Source of the DNA: Chiloscyllium plagiosum
Lineage: Eukaryota
DNA: 20,000 nucleotides
Direction: 5' to 3'
NCBI RefSeq assembly: GCF_004010195.1
Contig: NC_057718.1
Location: forward strand, 70,565,740-70,585,739
In this document: positions 10,960 to 20,000 of the stretch, one piece after another
How positions within the stretch are numbered: the first letter of the stretch is position 1
Layout: every line of letters starts with the position of its first letter
Position numbers and translations under genes: made by a program
Notes under the pieces: generated by a model
Databases searched by the model: none
What the model was told of the DNA's origin: nothing
The model's input: the letters and a program-made list of their open reading frames with translations, nothing else

Positions 10960-11675
10960 ATCTTTGCAAGAAGACTGAGCTTCTGGTTGCCTACCATTTC
11001 AATGCAGCACCATGTTTCCTGACCAATATTCCTGTCTTGGGCTTGATAAGTGCTTCAGCAAAGCTCTGTGCAAGCTGAAAGAACAGCATCTTATTTTTCA
11101 GCTTTGACAAAGGGTCAGTTAGACTTGAAATGTCAGCTCTTTTCTCTCCTTGCAGATGCTGCCAGACCTGCTGAGATTTTCCAGCATTTTCTCTTTGGTT
11201 TCAGATTCCAACATCTGCAGTAATTTGCTTTTATCTTATTTTTCTACTTGGGAACTCCGCAACCTTCTTGACTCAAATATAGGGCCCTACAACTTGGTGC
11301 CTGTGCACTTTCTCCCACATCCTCGGTAGAACCAGGCACTGCCATCATGTGGACTGCGAGCATAAACAATCCATTGTCAGCCACTAATGGTCACCATTAG
11401 CAGCAATCCATTATCCCAGGCTGACCTTTTATCCATTCCTTAGCTCAACTGGTTTTCTCTCTGAGCTTCATCTCTACTTATCACTGAATCCCCTAATTGC
11501 CACAAGCACGTGCGCACCTTCTCTAGCATGTATGCCAACTTTTCCCAGCCACAATCAGCTCTGAAGAGGGGTCACAGGATCAATGTAAATCCTGCTTTCT
11601 CTTCACTGATGCTGCCAGATCAAGTTTTTTTCCAGCAATTTGATTTTGTTTACAATTTGTAAACTGCATAACATA
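10960..11675 (+). mobile_element. Decayed Penelope-like element: C-terminal GIY-YIG region plus 3' pLTR
   Basis: With frameshifts it translates to LLVAYHFNAAPCFLTNIPVLGL..KLKEQHLIF[insert]YLGTPQP, typical of the vertebrate Penelope GIY-YIG end (..EEQHLIF.LGTLQP.GLN). The pLTR has a degenerate hammerhead core CTGAAGA at 11561-11567, followed by gatgctgccaga..ttccagcaattt. Confidence 0.75.
11100..11232 (+). mobile_element. Solo Penelope-pLTR insert with a hammerhead motif, nested in the Penelope remnant, 12-bp TSD
   Basis: agct-ttgacaa-a-gggtc-agtta-gactt-GAAA-tg-tc-agct, then cagatgctgccagacctgctgagattttccagca..catctgcagt. TSD atcttatttttc at 11088-11099 and 11233-11244. Confidence 0.8.
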
Positions 11676-11681
11676 TTTTTT

Positions 11682-11935
11682 CAAACCAGTCTTGCTATTG
11701 CTTATGCAACCTTTAAAGATTTATGATAGGAGCAACAATACAGATCAGAAGAGAGAGACACTTCAAAATGCTGCCATTCGGCCCAAGAAGTCCACACCTG
11801 ACCCTTCGAAGAGTAACCCACCCAGACTCATTTCCCTCCAAACCAGTCTTGCTATTGCTTATGCAACCTTTAAAGATTTATGATAGGAGCAACAATACAG
11901 ATCAGAAGAGAGAGACACTTCAAAATGCTGCCATT
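11682..11935. repeat. Perfect 97-bp direct duplication separated by a 60-bp HE1 SINE fragment (minus strand)
   Basis: 11682-11778 is identical to 11839-11935. The spacer 11779-11838 reverse-complements to gagggaaatgagtctgggtgggttactcttcgaagggtcaggtgtggacttcttgggccg, which is HE1 3' region. Confidence 0.95.
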
Positions 11936-12380
11936 TTATAGGGTGCCATCTTTCCACATTAGTCCCTTCAAAGTTCATTACATGTAACTTCTATTTGGTT
12001 AACCTCCATCTGCTGTTACGTTCACAATCTTTTGTCATCATGTAATCTGGTAATTATCTTCACTCAGTTTACTGCTTTGTCAACTTTCATACAGTTTTAA
12101 AGCTTTGTTTTTCGTTTGTTCATGTGTTTGCTACTCTTATGGCAAAGTTAAGAAAAAGGGAGATTTAATGAGCCCAGTATTGACCATTGGTAGATCGAGC
12201 ATTTGGTGTCCATGCAAATGCAAACTATTTTCCAATCGGGGAAGGGGGGGAAATCACTGCCACCATTTTTTTTTTGATTGCTGTCATTCAAGTCAATTTA
12301 TTCATTCATGCCATTACTTCTATTTCAATTGTTTCCTTCTGTTTGGTACTTCCTTAAATACCTTCCGAAGCTGCATAATT

Positions 12381-12560
12381 TTTCCGCGGTTTCAGTTACC
12401 TGTGGTTTCCCGTGGCCCGAACATATCTGGAACCTTCTGGAATCAGGAGGCTGCCGGAAAGGTATGTTTCCCATTTTAAATAAATGGGCTTGCCCCTGTC
12501 TGCGGTTTTGGACTTCCATAGTAGATCGTGCAACGTATCACCGGGGGGGGGGGGGGGGGG
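12381..12560 (+). mobile_element. Tigger/MER8-like non-autonomous DNA transposon remnant (Tc1/mariner-pogo)
   Basis: tttccgcggtttcagttacctgtggtttcccgtggcccgaacatat..tggaa and ..tgcggttttggacttcca..aacgtatcacc-G-run resemble the two subterminal ends of MER8/Tigger3 as I recall them. CpG-rich relative to the flanks. Intact TIRs not seen. Confidence 0.55.
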
Positions 12561-12580
12561 AGGTGGTGGTGGAGGTGGAG
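12543..12580 (+). repeat. G18 homopolymer followed by a (GGT/GGA) repeat
   Basis: 18 consecutive G at 12543-12560, then aggtggtggtggaggtggag. Confidence 0.95.
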
Positions 12581-12730
12581 AGAAACTAATGTACTATTAC
12601 ATCAATGTTTATGTTGATTTTAACTTTTTATTTCCTTTTGTAATTCCATTTGTTTGTTTGAACTACAAACTTTGAAATTCTCCTAGAAAGCCAAGTCCTC
12701 ATCCTCTAATGTTGTTTGAAAATATTATGA

Positions 12731-13000
12731 TAGCTCAGTGGTTAGCATTGTTGCCTCACAGTAACAGGTACCTGGGATTGATTCCACCCTTGAATCACTG
12801 TGCCTTTGTAGAGTTTGAACATTTTTTTTTCCCCCGTGCTTTTCCTCCAAAGATCATAGATGCGTAGGTTAGGTTGATTGGCTGTGCTAACTCGCCTCTT
12901 GGTATCCAAGGAAGTCCTAGGCTAGGTGGATTAGCCATGGTAAGTGTGAGGTTACGGGATATGGTAGAGTGGGTGGGATGCTGTTCAATAGAGTTTGTAT
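12731..13000 (+). mobile_element. Degraded HE1-type SINE
   Basis: tagctcagtggttagcattgttgcctcacag..cctgggattgattcca..gtaggttaggttgattggctgtgctaa. Confidence 0.75.
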
Positions 13001-14209
13001 CAGTCTTGAAACAACAATCAAATTGCGTCTGGAACACATCTAGCACTTGCATTTAAAATAAGAAAAAGTAAAGATCTAAGCTATCCTCTTAATATTTTGA
13101 GGGGGTTTGGTCTGATCCATAACACACACTAGGGGCTCTTGGCTTGAATTAAAAAATCTCACTTTATAGGTTGGATTTAAGGTTGTTGGACTCAAAGGCA
13201 GTGAGTGGTGAGATTTGTTTTCTTTTAATTTCAAGTATTGCATTTGGTTGGTTTAAACCGGGTGTGCCTTGTGCTTACCAGTAAGATATGCTTATCAGTA
13301 AGAGTTTCCTAGGGGTGGAGCTGGGATGTGTACAGGTCCAATGTGCAACCTTTAAAGGGAAATGTAGGAGCAATAAGGTCAGAGAACCCTGGATTCAGGG
13401 CTGGAAAAAGAAAAATAGGATTTTTAGCAAGTCTGAAAGGAAAAGCTTCAATTGTGGCTAAATACAGGAAGTACAGGAGGGAACTGAAGATGTGATAGTA
13501 CTATGGCTTTAAAAGTCACTTCAGGAGATTTACAGAAAGTGAGCAAGGTGGTTTTTAGAATTGGTAAACAAGCAGTTGGGGTTGCCTGAGTCTGTGAGGA
13601 AAGGAGAAAGGAATTCTGGTAATCATGCAACATTTGCATGCCGGAATCCCATCTGACGCTTTACAAATGGTTAAAATTCAGTTACAAATGAAACCGCTTG
13701 AAGGTGTAAAGGAAACTAAACAGTTTGGATTATAAATGAAAGCAGAAGAAAAGCAAGGGGGGTAAAACATCAGGATAAAGATATGGCACCAGAGCAGGAA
13801 ATTGGGATTTGTGCATTTTCTAGTGTTACTTATGAAAGTCTCCTTCTTTTGAACATCTGACCCATAACTCTGGATTTATTTCTCATTCATGCTTTGCTAG
13901 TTTCTAAAATTTCATCCTACCCTTGACTTTGCTCAATTTATGATATGTTCATCTTTCTTTCTTGTTTTTTTTTTCTCCATTGAATATACCTTTAAGAATT
14001 TTTTTTGTATGTCTTTACCAGCTTCCCCCTTTAATCTATTTTCCCCTATGCATCCTTATTAACTTGGTTGGCTTTGACTTGGTTACCTTGATGTGGGGTT
14101 GTCGTACTAATTTCAGATCCAACTTTGTCACTTAATTTGAATGTGCAGTTCTTCATATGATCATGCTTCCATGAGGAACCTTTAACTATGAAGTTATTCT
14201 TTACTCAGT

Positions 14210-15982
14210 ATAGAGTCATAGAGATGTACAGCATGGAAACAGACCCTTCAGTCCAACACGTTCATGCCAACCAGATATCCCAATCCAATCTAGTCCCACC
14301 TGCCAGCACCCGGCCCATATCCCTCCAAACCCTTCCTATTCATATACCCATCCAAATACCTCTTAAATGTTGCAATTGTACCAGCCTCCNNNNNNNNNNN
14401 NNNNNNNNNNNNNNNNNNNNNNNNNNNNNNNNNNNNNNNNNNNNNNNNNNNNNNNNNNNNNNNNNNNNNNNNNNNNNNNNNNNNNNNNNNNNNNNNNNNN
14501 NNNNNNNNNNNNNNNNNNNNNNNNNNNNNNNNNNNNNNNNNNNNNNNNNNNNNNNNNNNNNNNNNNNNNNNNNNNNNNNNNNNNNNNNNNNNNNNNNNNN
14601 NNNNNNNNNNNNNNNNNNNNNNNNNNNNNNNNNNNNNNNNNNNNNNNNNNNNNNNNNNNNNNNNNNNNNNNNNNNNNNNNNNNNNNNNNNNNNNNNNNNN
14701 NNNNNNCTGAACCCTTTCAAGTTTCACAACATCTTTCCGATAGGAAGGAGACCAGAATTGCACGCAATATTCCAACAGTGGCCTAACCAATGTCCTGTAC
14801 AGCCACAACATGACCTCCCAACTCTTGTGCTCAATACTCTGACCAATAAAGGAAAGCATACCAGATGCTGCCTTCACTATCCTATCTACCTGTGACTCCA
14901 CTTTCAAGGAGCTATGAACCTGCACTCCAAGGTCTCTTTGTTCAGCAACACTCCCTTGGACCTTGCCATTAAGTGTATAAGTCCTGCGAGGATTTGTTTT
15001 CACAAAATGCAGCACCTCGCATTTATCTGGATTAAACTCCATCTGCCACTTCTCAGCCCATTGGCCCATCTGGTCAAGATCCTGTTGTAATCTGAGGTGA
15101 CCCTCTTTGCTGTCCATTACACCTCCAATTTTGGTGTCATCTGCAAACTTACTAGCTGTACCTCTTATGCTCGCATCCAAATCATTTATGTAAATGATAA
15201 AAAGTAGAGGGCCCAGCACCGATCCTTGTGGCACACCACTGGTCACAGGCCTCCAGTCTGAAAAACAACTCTCCACTACTACCCTCTGTCTTCTACCTTT
15301 TGAGCCAGTTCTGTATCCAATGGCTAGTTCTCCCTGTATTCCATGAGATCTAACCTTGCTAATCAGTCTCCCAAGGGGACCCTTGTTGAACTGCTTACTG
15401 AACTCCTTACTGAAGTCTATATAGATCACATCTACTGCTCTGCCCTCATCAATCTTCTTTGTTACTTCTTCAAAAAAATGCAATCAAGTTTGAGAGACAT
15501 GATTTCCCACGCACAAAGCCATGTTGACTATCTCTAATCAATCCTTGCCTTTCCAAATACATGTACATCCTGTCCCTCAGGATTCCCTCTTAACAACTTG
15601 CCTCCACCGAGGTCAGGCTCACCGGTCTATAGTTCCCTGGCTTGTCTTTGCTGCCCTTAAACAGTGACACCACGTTTGCCAATTTCCAGTCTTCCGGCAC
15701 CTCACCTGTGACTATCGATAACACAAATATCTTGGCAAGAGGCCCAGCAATCACTCCTCTAGCTTCCCACAGAGTTCTTTGGTACACCTGATCAGGTACT
15801 AGGGATTTATCCACCTTTAACTGTTTCAAGGCATCCAGCACTTCCTCCTCTGTAATCTGAGCTCTTTGAAGGATTAAGACAGTCGATCAGAGGGTACAGC
15901 AATTGATATTGCAAATATCAATTTCGCAAAATGTCCCCATCTATTTCCCTACAATCTATATCTTCCATATCCTTTTCCACAG
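14210..15982 (-). mobile_element. Young CR1/HER1-type LINE ORF2 (RT domain to 3' end), spanning an assembly gap
   Basis: ORF 14290-15483 FFEEVTKKIDEGRAVDVIYIDFSK..VTSGVPQGSVLGPLLFIIYINDLD..KFADDTK, and ORF 15590-15841 VPEDWKLANVVSLFK..PGNYRPVSLTS. Tail (ctctatga) at 14210-14223. Confidence 0.96.
14390..14706. other. Assembly gap (317 N) within the CR1 element
   Basis: Run of N. Both flanks are collinear CR1 sequence. Confidence 0.99.
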
Positions 15983-16418
15983 AGTAGGTAGTAATATCTG
16001 GATTACTCCTGATGCTATGAGCTAGTGAGGGCAGGAATAGGAGGATTGAGCAGATGAATGCATGGCTGAGGAGCTGGTGTATGGAGAAGGATTCACATTT
16101 TTGGATCATTGGAATCTCTTTTGGATAGAAGTGACCTGTACAAGAAGGACAGATTGCACCTAAATTGGAAGGGGACTAATATACTGGCAGGGAAATTTGC
16201 TTGAACTGCTTGGGAGGATTTAAACTAGTAAGGTGTGGGGGTGGGACCCAGGGAGATAGTGAGGAAAGAGATCAATCTGAGACAGGTACAGCTGAGAACA
16301 GAAGTAAGTAAACAGTCAGGGACAAGGTAGGACTAATAAGTTGAACTGCATTTATTTCAATGCAAGGGGCCTAACAGGGAAGGCAGATGAACTCAGGGCA
16401 TGGTTAGGAACATCGGAC
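15983..16418 (+). mobile_element. Inverted 5' segment of a CR1 LINE: ORF1 SGNH-esterase C-terminus and start of the ORF2 APE endonuclease
   Basis: With frameshifts it translates to VVISGLL..GRNRRIEQMNAWLRSWC..FTFLDHWNLF..DLYKKD.LHLNWKGTNILAGKF, then LNCIYFNARGLTGKADELRAWLG. It abuts the minus-strand CR1 head-to-head. Confidence 0.88.
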
Positions 16419-16830
16419 TGGTAGGGGCATGGAACGCACTGCCTGCAGCAGCAGTAGACTCGCCAACTTTAAGGGCATTTAAATGGTCATTGTTTTTACC
16501 CATATGTCTATCCAATGACTGCAGATGCTGGAAACCAGTGTCTAGATTAGAATGGTGCTGGAAAAGCACAGCAGATCAGGCAGCATCCGAGGAGCAGTAA
16601 AATCAACGTTTCGGGCAGAAGCGCTTCTGAAGGGCTTCTGCCCGAAACGTTGATTTTACTGCTCCTCGGATGCTGCCTGAACTACTGTGCTTTTCCAGCA
16701 CCATTCTAATCTAGACATTCCATAGACATATGGAAGAGAATGGAATAGTGTAAGTTGGATGTGCTTCAGATTGGTTCCACATTTCGGCACAACATCAAGG
16801 GCCAAAGGGCCTGTACTGCGCTGCCCTGTT
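16419..16830 (+). mobile_element. 3' end of a second CR1 subfamily, interrupted by a Penelope fold-back insert
   Basis: ggtaggggcatggaacgcactgcctgca..gggcatttaaatggtcattg [insert] atagacatatggaagagaatggaatagtg..caacatcaagggccaaagggcctgtactgcgctg. Confidence 0.8.
16493..16721. mobile_element. Penelope-pLTR-derived fold-back insertion containing a 179-bp palindrome
   Basis: Arms 16539-16627 and 16629-16717 are reverse complements with 3 mismatches. They contain gaagggcttctgcccGAAAcgttg (hammerhead stem II and GAAA) and the pLTR body ggatgctgcctga..tgtgcttttccagca. Confidence 0.88.
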
Positions 16831-16879
16831 CAATATTGATTACTTTTGTTTCATCGACTATCTGAACTCTTAACATGTT

Positions 16880-17030
16880 TCTCCTTTGACTCCACAACGA
16901 ATTGATCGAATAAATTTATGCTGAGTAATTTAAAATGCCTTTCAAAGGATCATATTTGCAATATCAATTGCTGTACCCTCTGATCAACTGTCTTAATCTT
17001 TCATCAAAGAGCTCAGTCTGGTGCACACTT
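16880..17030 (-). mobile_element. Old CR1 RT fragment
   Basis: Reverse complement gagctctttgatgaaag..gttgatcagagggtacagcaattgatattgcaaatatgatcctttgaaaggcattt is a frameshifted equivalent of FFEEVT..DEG.A.D..Y.DF.KAF. Confidence 0.55.
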
Positions 17031-17127
17031 TTTTTTGTTTTGCTTTGGAGTCCACTTTGAATTTGGTAGGCCACACAATGATTAGATATAACCATTGTGG
17101 GATCTTTAGCTGCAGATGCTTTTCCTT

Positions 17128-17770
17128 TTTAGTCATAGAAGTCTCCACAATAGAAAATGGCCCATCAAGTCTGCACTTGTCAAAACCATCACATTCTAAT
17201 TCCATTTACCAGCACCTCGCCCACAGCCTTGTATGTTTTGCCACTGCAAATGCACATCTCATTCATTTTAAATCTGTGAAGCTTTGTGTGTCTATCAATA
17301 TAATAGGCAAAAAAAACCTTTTACCTTGCATCCACTGCTAAATCTGCTGCTTAGCCTAAAATTTTGTCAGCTAGTCATTGGTCCCACCATCAAGGGAAAA
17401 AATTTCTTCTGGTCTTCAACCCCCCCGCCCCCGCCATGTCCCTCTTACAAAAAGATGTAACTCAATCATGTACCCTCAGTTTCCTCTGCTGCAAGGAAAT
17501 CCACTGCAGTTTATGCAATCTCTCTTCATCATTAAAACTCTTCAGCCCAGACAGCATCCTAGCAAATTTCCTCACACCTTTCTGCAGTACAATCATGTCT
17601 ATCCTAAAATGTGAATTCCAGAACTGTACAAAATGCTGTAGTTATGGCTTGTAAAGTTACAGCTTTGCTTACCTGCTCTTAAACACTGCCTCACATTCCA
17701 TATACTGCCTTAATGGCTCTATCCTCTTATCCAGATACCGTTTTAAGGTACAAGAAGGCGTGCACTTCCA
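17128..17770 (-). mobile_element. Decayed CR1-type LINE 3' region
   Basis: agtcatagaag tail, ggcccatcaagtctgcac, ctctgctgcaaggaaatcc, cccagacagcatcctagcaaatt, ccagaactgtacaaaatgct are homologous to 5271-5830. Confidence 0.75.
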
Positions 17771-18084
17771 GTTTCCCCCTTTTTTAACCACTTCCATGTT
17801 GCTCTTTTCCTGTTTTGCTCAATTTTATTTTTGTTGATCCCATTCCATTTATGCCTGATCTTTTTTAAACTGAAGGAAGTTAACTTTCATCCTAGGCTAT
17901 CCTTTTCCATAACTGTTCTAAAGTTTATATTCATCTAAGCTTTCCCAACAATGTTCTGATATACTTGAAACATCAATGATAATGTTTTCTTGATTTTTCA
18001 TTTGCTGAAGCATTTCATTTAGTCAACATTATCCAGAGCCAGATACAACCCTGCTCCTATGTTGCTGGATTGAAATTCAGTGAT

Positions 18085-18190
18085 AGGCACATATGAATTG
18101 GGAGCAGGATAGGCTATTTGGATCCTCTTACTCTGCCTGTAAGATCATGGCTTATCTGATTGTGGCCTTAAATCCATGTTCACACCTATT
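18085..18190 (-). mobile_element. CR1-type 3' UTR fragment
   Basis: acatatgaattgggagcaggataggctatttgg..taagatcatggcttatctgattgtggcctt resembles the terminal sequence of a shark CR1 subfamily, from recall. Confidence 0.6.
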
Positions 18191-18569
18191 CTTTTGTATA
18201 CTTTATACCATTATTTGTTCTTTGCTCATTTTGCATTGTTTCTCTGGGTCAGAAGAGCCACCTGTGCTGGAAGTGTTTCAACAGGTCTGATCAAGTTGTT
18301 TCAAACTACTATCGCCAATAATTCTGTCTATGAACTCTTAACTACGTCCTCTTTCTGTAGTCCCTCCTTTGTTTTTCTCAACATTTCTATATCATTTGAA
18401 GTTAGGAGCATTTTATGTTCTTAGTCCTCTTTTTTGAGATCGGTGCCTCTCTTACTGTTACTTTATCATATTCCAGCTTGGTAACGTGTATCACCCAGCA
18501 TTTTATTTTATGCTTTGTGCATTCCCAATGCAAAATGAGCTTACTAGTATCTAATTGAATAAGACAAAA

Positions 18570-19745
18570 CTGTATTCAATTGAAAGTAAAAACATACAAT
18601 AGGACCAAGATTAAGTAGTAGGCCAGAAGACTGGGACAATTTTTAAAAGCAATAAAGCATGAATAAGAAGAATTTAGAATTAGAATTTTAGAATAAAGAG
18701 GCTATAAGATGAAAATGAGATATCTTTAGAATGCTTTGAATCTTTAGAATTTTCTCCTGCAGATACTGGACTGCAGAGCCATTGAACTTACTCAAAGCTT
18801 GTGAAGAACAGGTACGAAAATGGAGTTGTGGCCATGATCCAATCATCATATATTTTCAAATGATGAAACAATATTGAGAAAATGCCTGCTTTGCATTTGC
18901 TCCTGTGATTCCCTTTTTTTAACTATTCTTTATTCAGTACAATTTAACTTTTCCCAACTAGTGAGTAAGCATAGTAGCATTTTGGAAGATAAAGACACAG
19001 CAAATGAAAATTGAAGAACTGATGCTGAAGTGATGCATGCTGGTAGTCAAAATGAGGGACAACATGAACAAAAATGATGCCATTTTAAATTCTGTTTAAA
19101 AAGGTAGAATGATATAGTATGCCTTAAAAATTGAGAACATTTTAAAACCGTTGTTTGACTTCAACTGAAATATGCAACCACTTCTGAGTGCCATATATTA
19201 GAAAAGATAGCAAAGATGGTGCAAGAGGAGGCATACTGGAGTGGTACTGGTGAAGATATTAGACCAACTGTTTCACCTTTTTCGAGCAAAGTTAAAAGAA
19301 AAATTTGCATCTTCAAAAACCATAGGGCGATATGGTGGCTCAGTGGTTAGCACTGCTGCCTCAGCATAGAGACCCGGGTTCGGTTCCCACCTCGGGCCAC
19401 TGTATGGAGTTTGCACATTCTTTCTGTGTCTGCGTGGGTTTCCTCCCACAAATCAAAGATATGCAAGTCAGGTAAATTGGCCATGCCAAATTGCCCATCG
19501 TGTTAGGTGCATTAATCGGGTAGATACAAGTTAGGGGAATGGGTCTGGGTGGGTTTCTCTTTGGAGGATCAGTGTGGACTTATTGGGCCAAAGGGCCTGT
19601 TTCCATACTGTAGGTAATCTAACCATGGTGCTTTGATAGTGAGTATGGTGATGTCATTATTTCAAGCAGCAGAAGCTGGAGAATAAACAGTAAATGCAGA
19701 GATGACATGAAAGGAAGGAAATGTTTATATAATCTGTAATGGGTG
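18570..19745 (+). mobile_element. Highly decayed CR1-type fragments, the last interrupted by a SINE
   Basis: Residual motifs aagtagtaggccagaagactggga, gaagtgatgcatgctggtag, caactgaaatatg..cacttctgagtgccatatattagaaaagata..gtgcaagagg, and cttcaaaaaccat|ggtgctttgatagtg. Confidence 0.5.
19325..19622 (+). mobile_element. HE1-type SINE, near full length
   Basis: ggtggctcagtggttagcactgctgcctca..gacccgggttcggttccc, core tggagtttgcacattct, 3' gggcctgtttccatactgtaggtaatct. Possible TSD aaccat. Confidence 0.9.
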
Positions 19746-19853
19746 TCAACAATGACTTTATTTCAGTTCAACAACCTTTTACTATGCTCCTGATGTTATA
19801 TACTTGCTCTAATATCAATATCTCTCATTCTACCCAGTAACTTTGCTATTTCT

Positions 19854-19873
19854 GTTGGTTGGTTGGTTGGTTG
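19854..19873 (+). repeat. (GTTG)n microsatellite
   Basis: gttggttggttggttggttg. Confidence 0.85.
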
Positions 19874-20000
19874 TTCCAATACTGCTGTCCTCTGAATTTT
19901 GTATCCCTTTCTAATGCTGAATCAAAGCTAATTAGTTTGTGCTTCTCCACAAGGTTACTAGCCACCTTGAATTAACATTAGTTTCAACACACCTGACATC

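Noticed and set aside
11682..11935. Repeat-spacer-repeat resembling a CRISPR unit
   Set aside because: Only two 97-bp repeats, the spacer is a SINE fragment, the context is a vertebrate intron and there are no cas genes.
12105..12675. Overlapping ORFs including a poly-Gly stretch
   Set aside because: Chance frames across a transposon remnant and a G homopolymer, with no coding signature.
13100..13800. Purine-rich segment, possibly an LTR-element remnant
   Set aside because: No LTR termini, PBS/PPT or protein motif could be identified.
14188..14895. Long ORFs of 126-397 aa crossing the N run
   Set aside because: Lengths are inflated by the assembly gap. The real parts are CR1 ORF2 or its antisense frames.
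15857..17016. Terminal inverted repeats of a roughly 1.16-kb DNA transposon
   Set aside because: No TSD or transposase, CR1 sequence continues collinearly just inside the left copy, and the right copy is part of an old CR1 RT fragment. A templated insertion explains it better.
17488..17520. aaggaaatccactgcagttt (GNPLQF) resembling the next ezrin exon (ENPLQFKF)
   Set aside because: It lies within a decayed antisense CR1, and the flanking residues and splice sites do not match.

Overview
Eukaryotic, repeat-rich vertebrate DNA, most likely from a shark: it carries HE1-type tRNA-derived SINEs and CR1/HER1-type LINEs, recognised from recalled family consensus sequences rather than a database search. 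The only host coding sequence I can support is one 96-bp phase-0 internal exon (9161-9256, +) of an ERM-family gene, most like ezrin (FERM F1 lobe, [32 protein letters not shown]). The rest is flanking intron filled with a decayed RTE LINE, young and old CR1 LINEs (one 5'-inverted), HE1 SINEs, a Tigger/MER8-like remnant and several Penelope-derived pieces. None of the tracked ORFs looks like a host gene. The most interesting signal is a set of short Penelope-terminal-repeat inserts. They carry minimal hammerhead-ribozyme motifs, some have 12-15 bp target-site duplications, and three show fold-back (palindromic) structure, including a 179-bp near-perfect palindrome centred on the ribozyme core. 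There are also clear repair scars: a 97-bp perfect duplication around a tail-less SINE fragment, an inverted 62-bp templated insertion and a 20-bp microinversion. I found no convincing wholly new protein-coding system.
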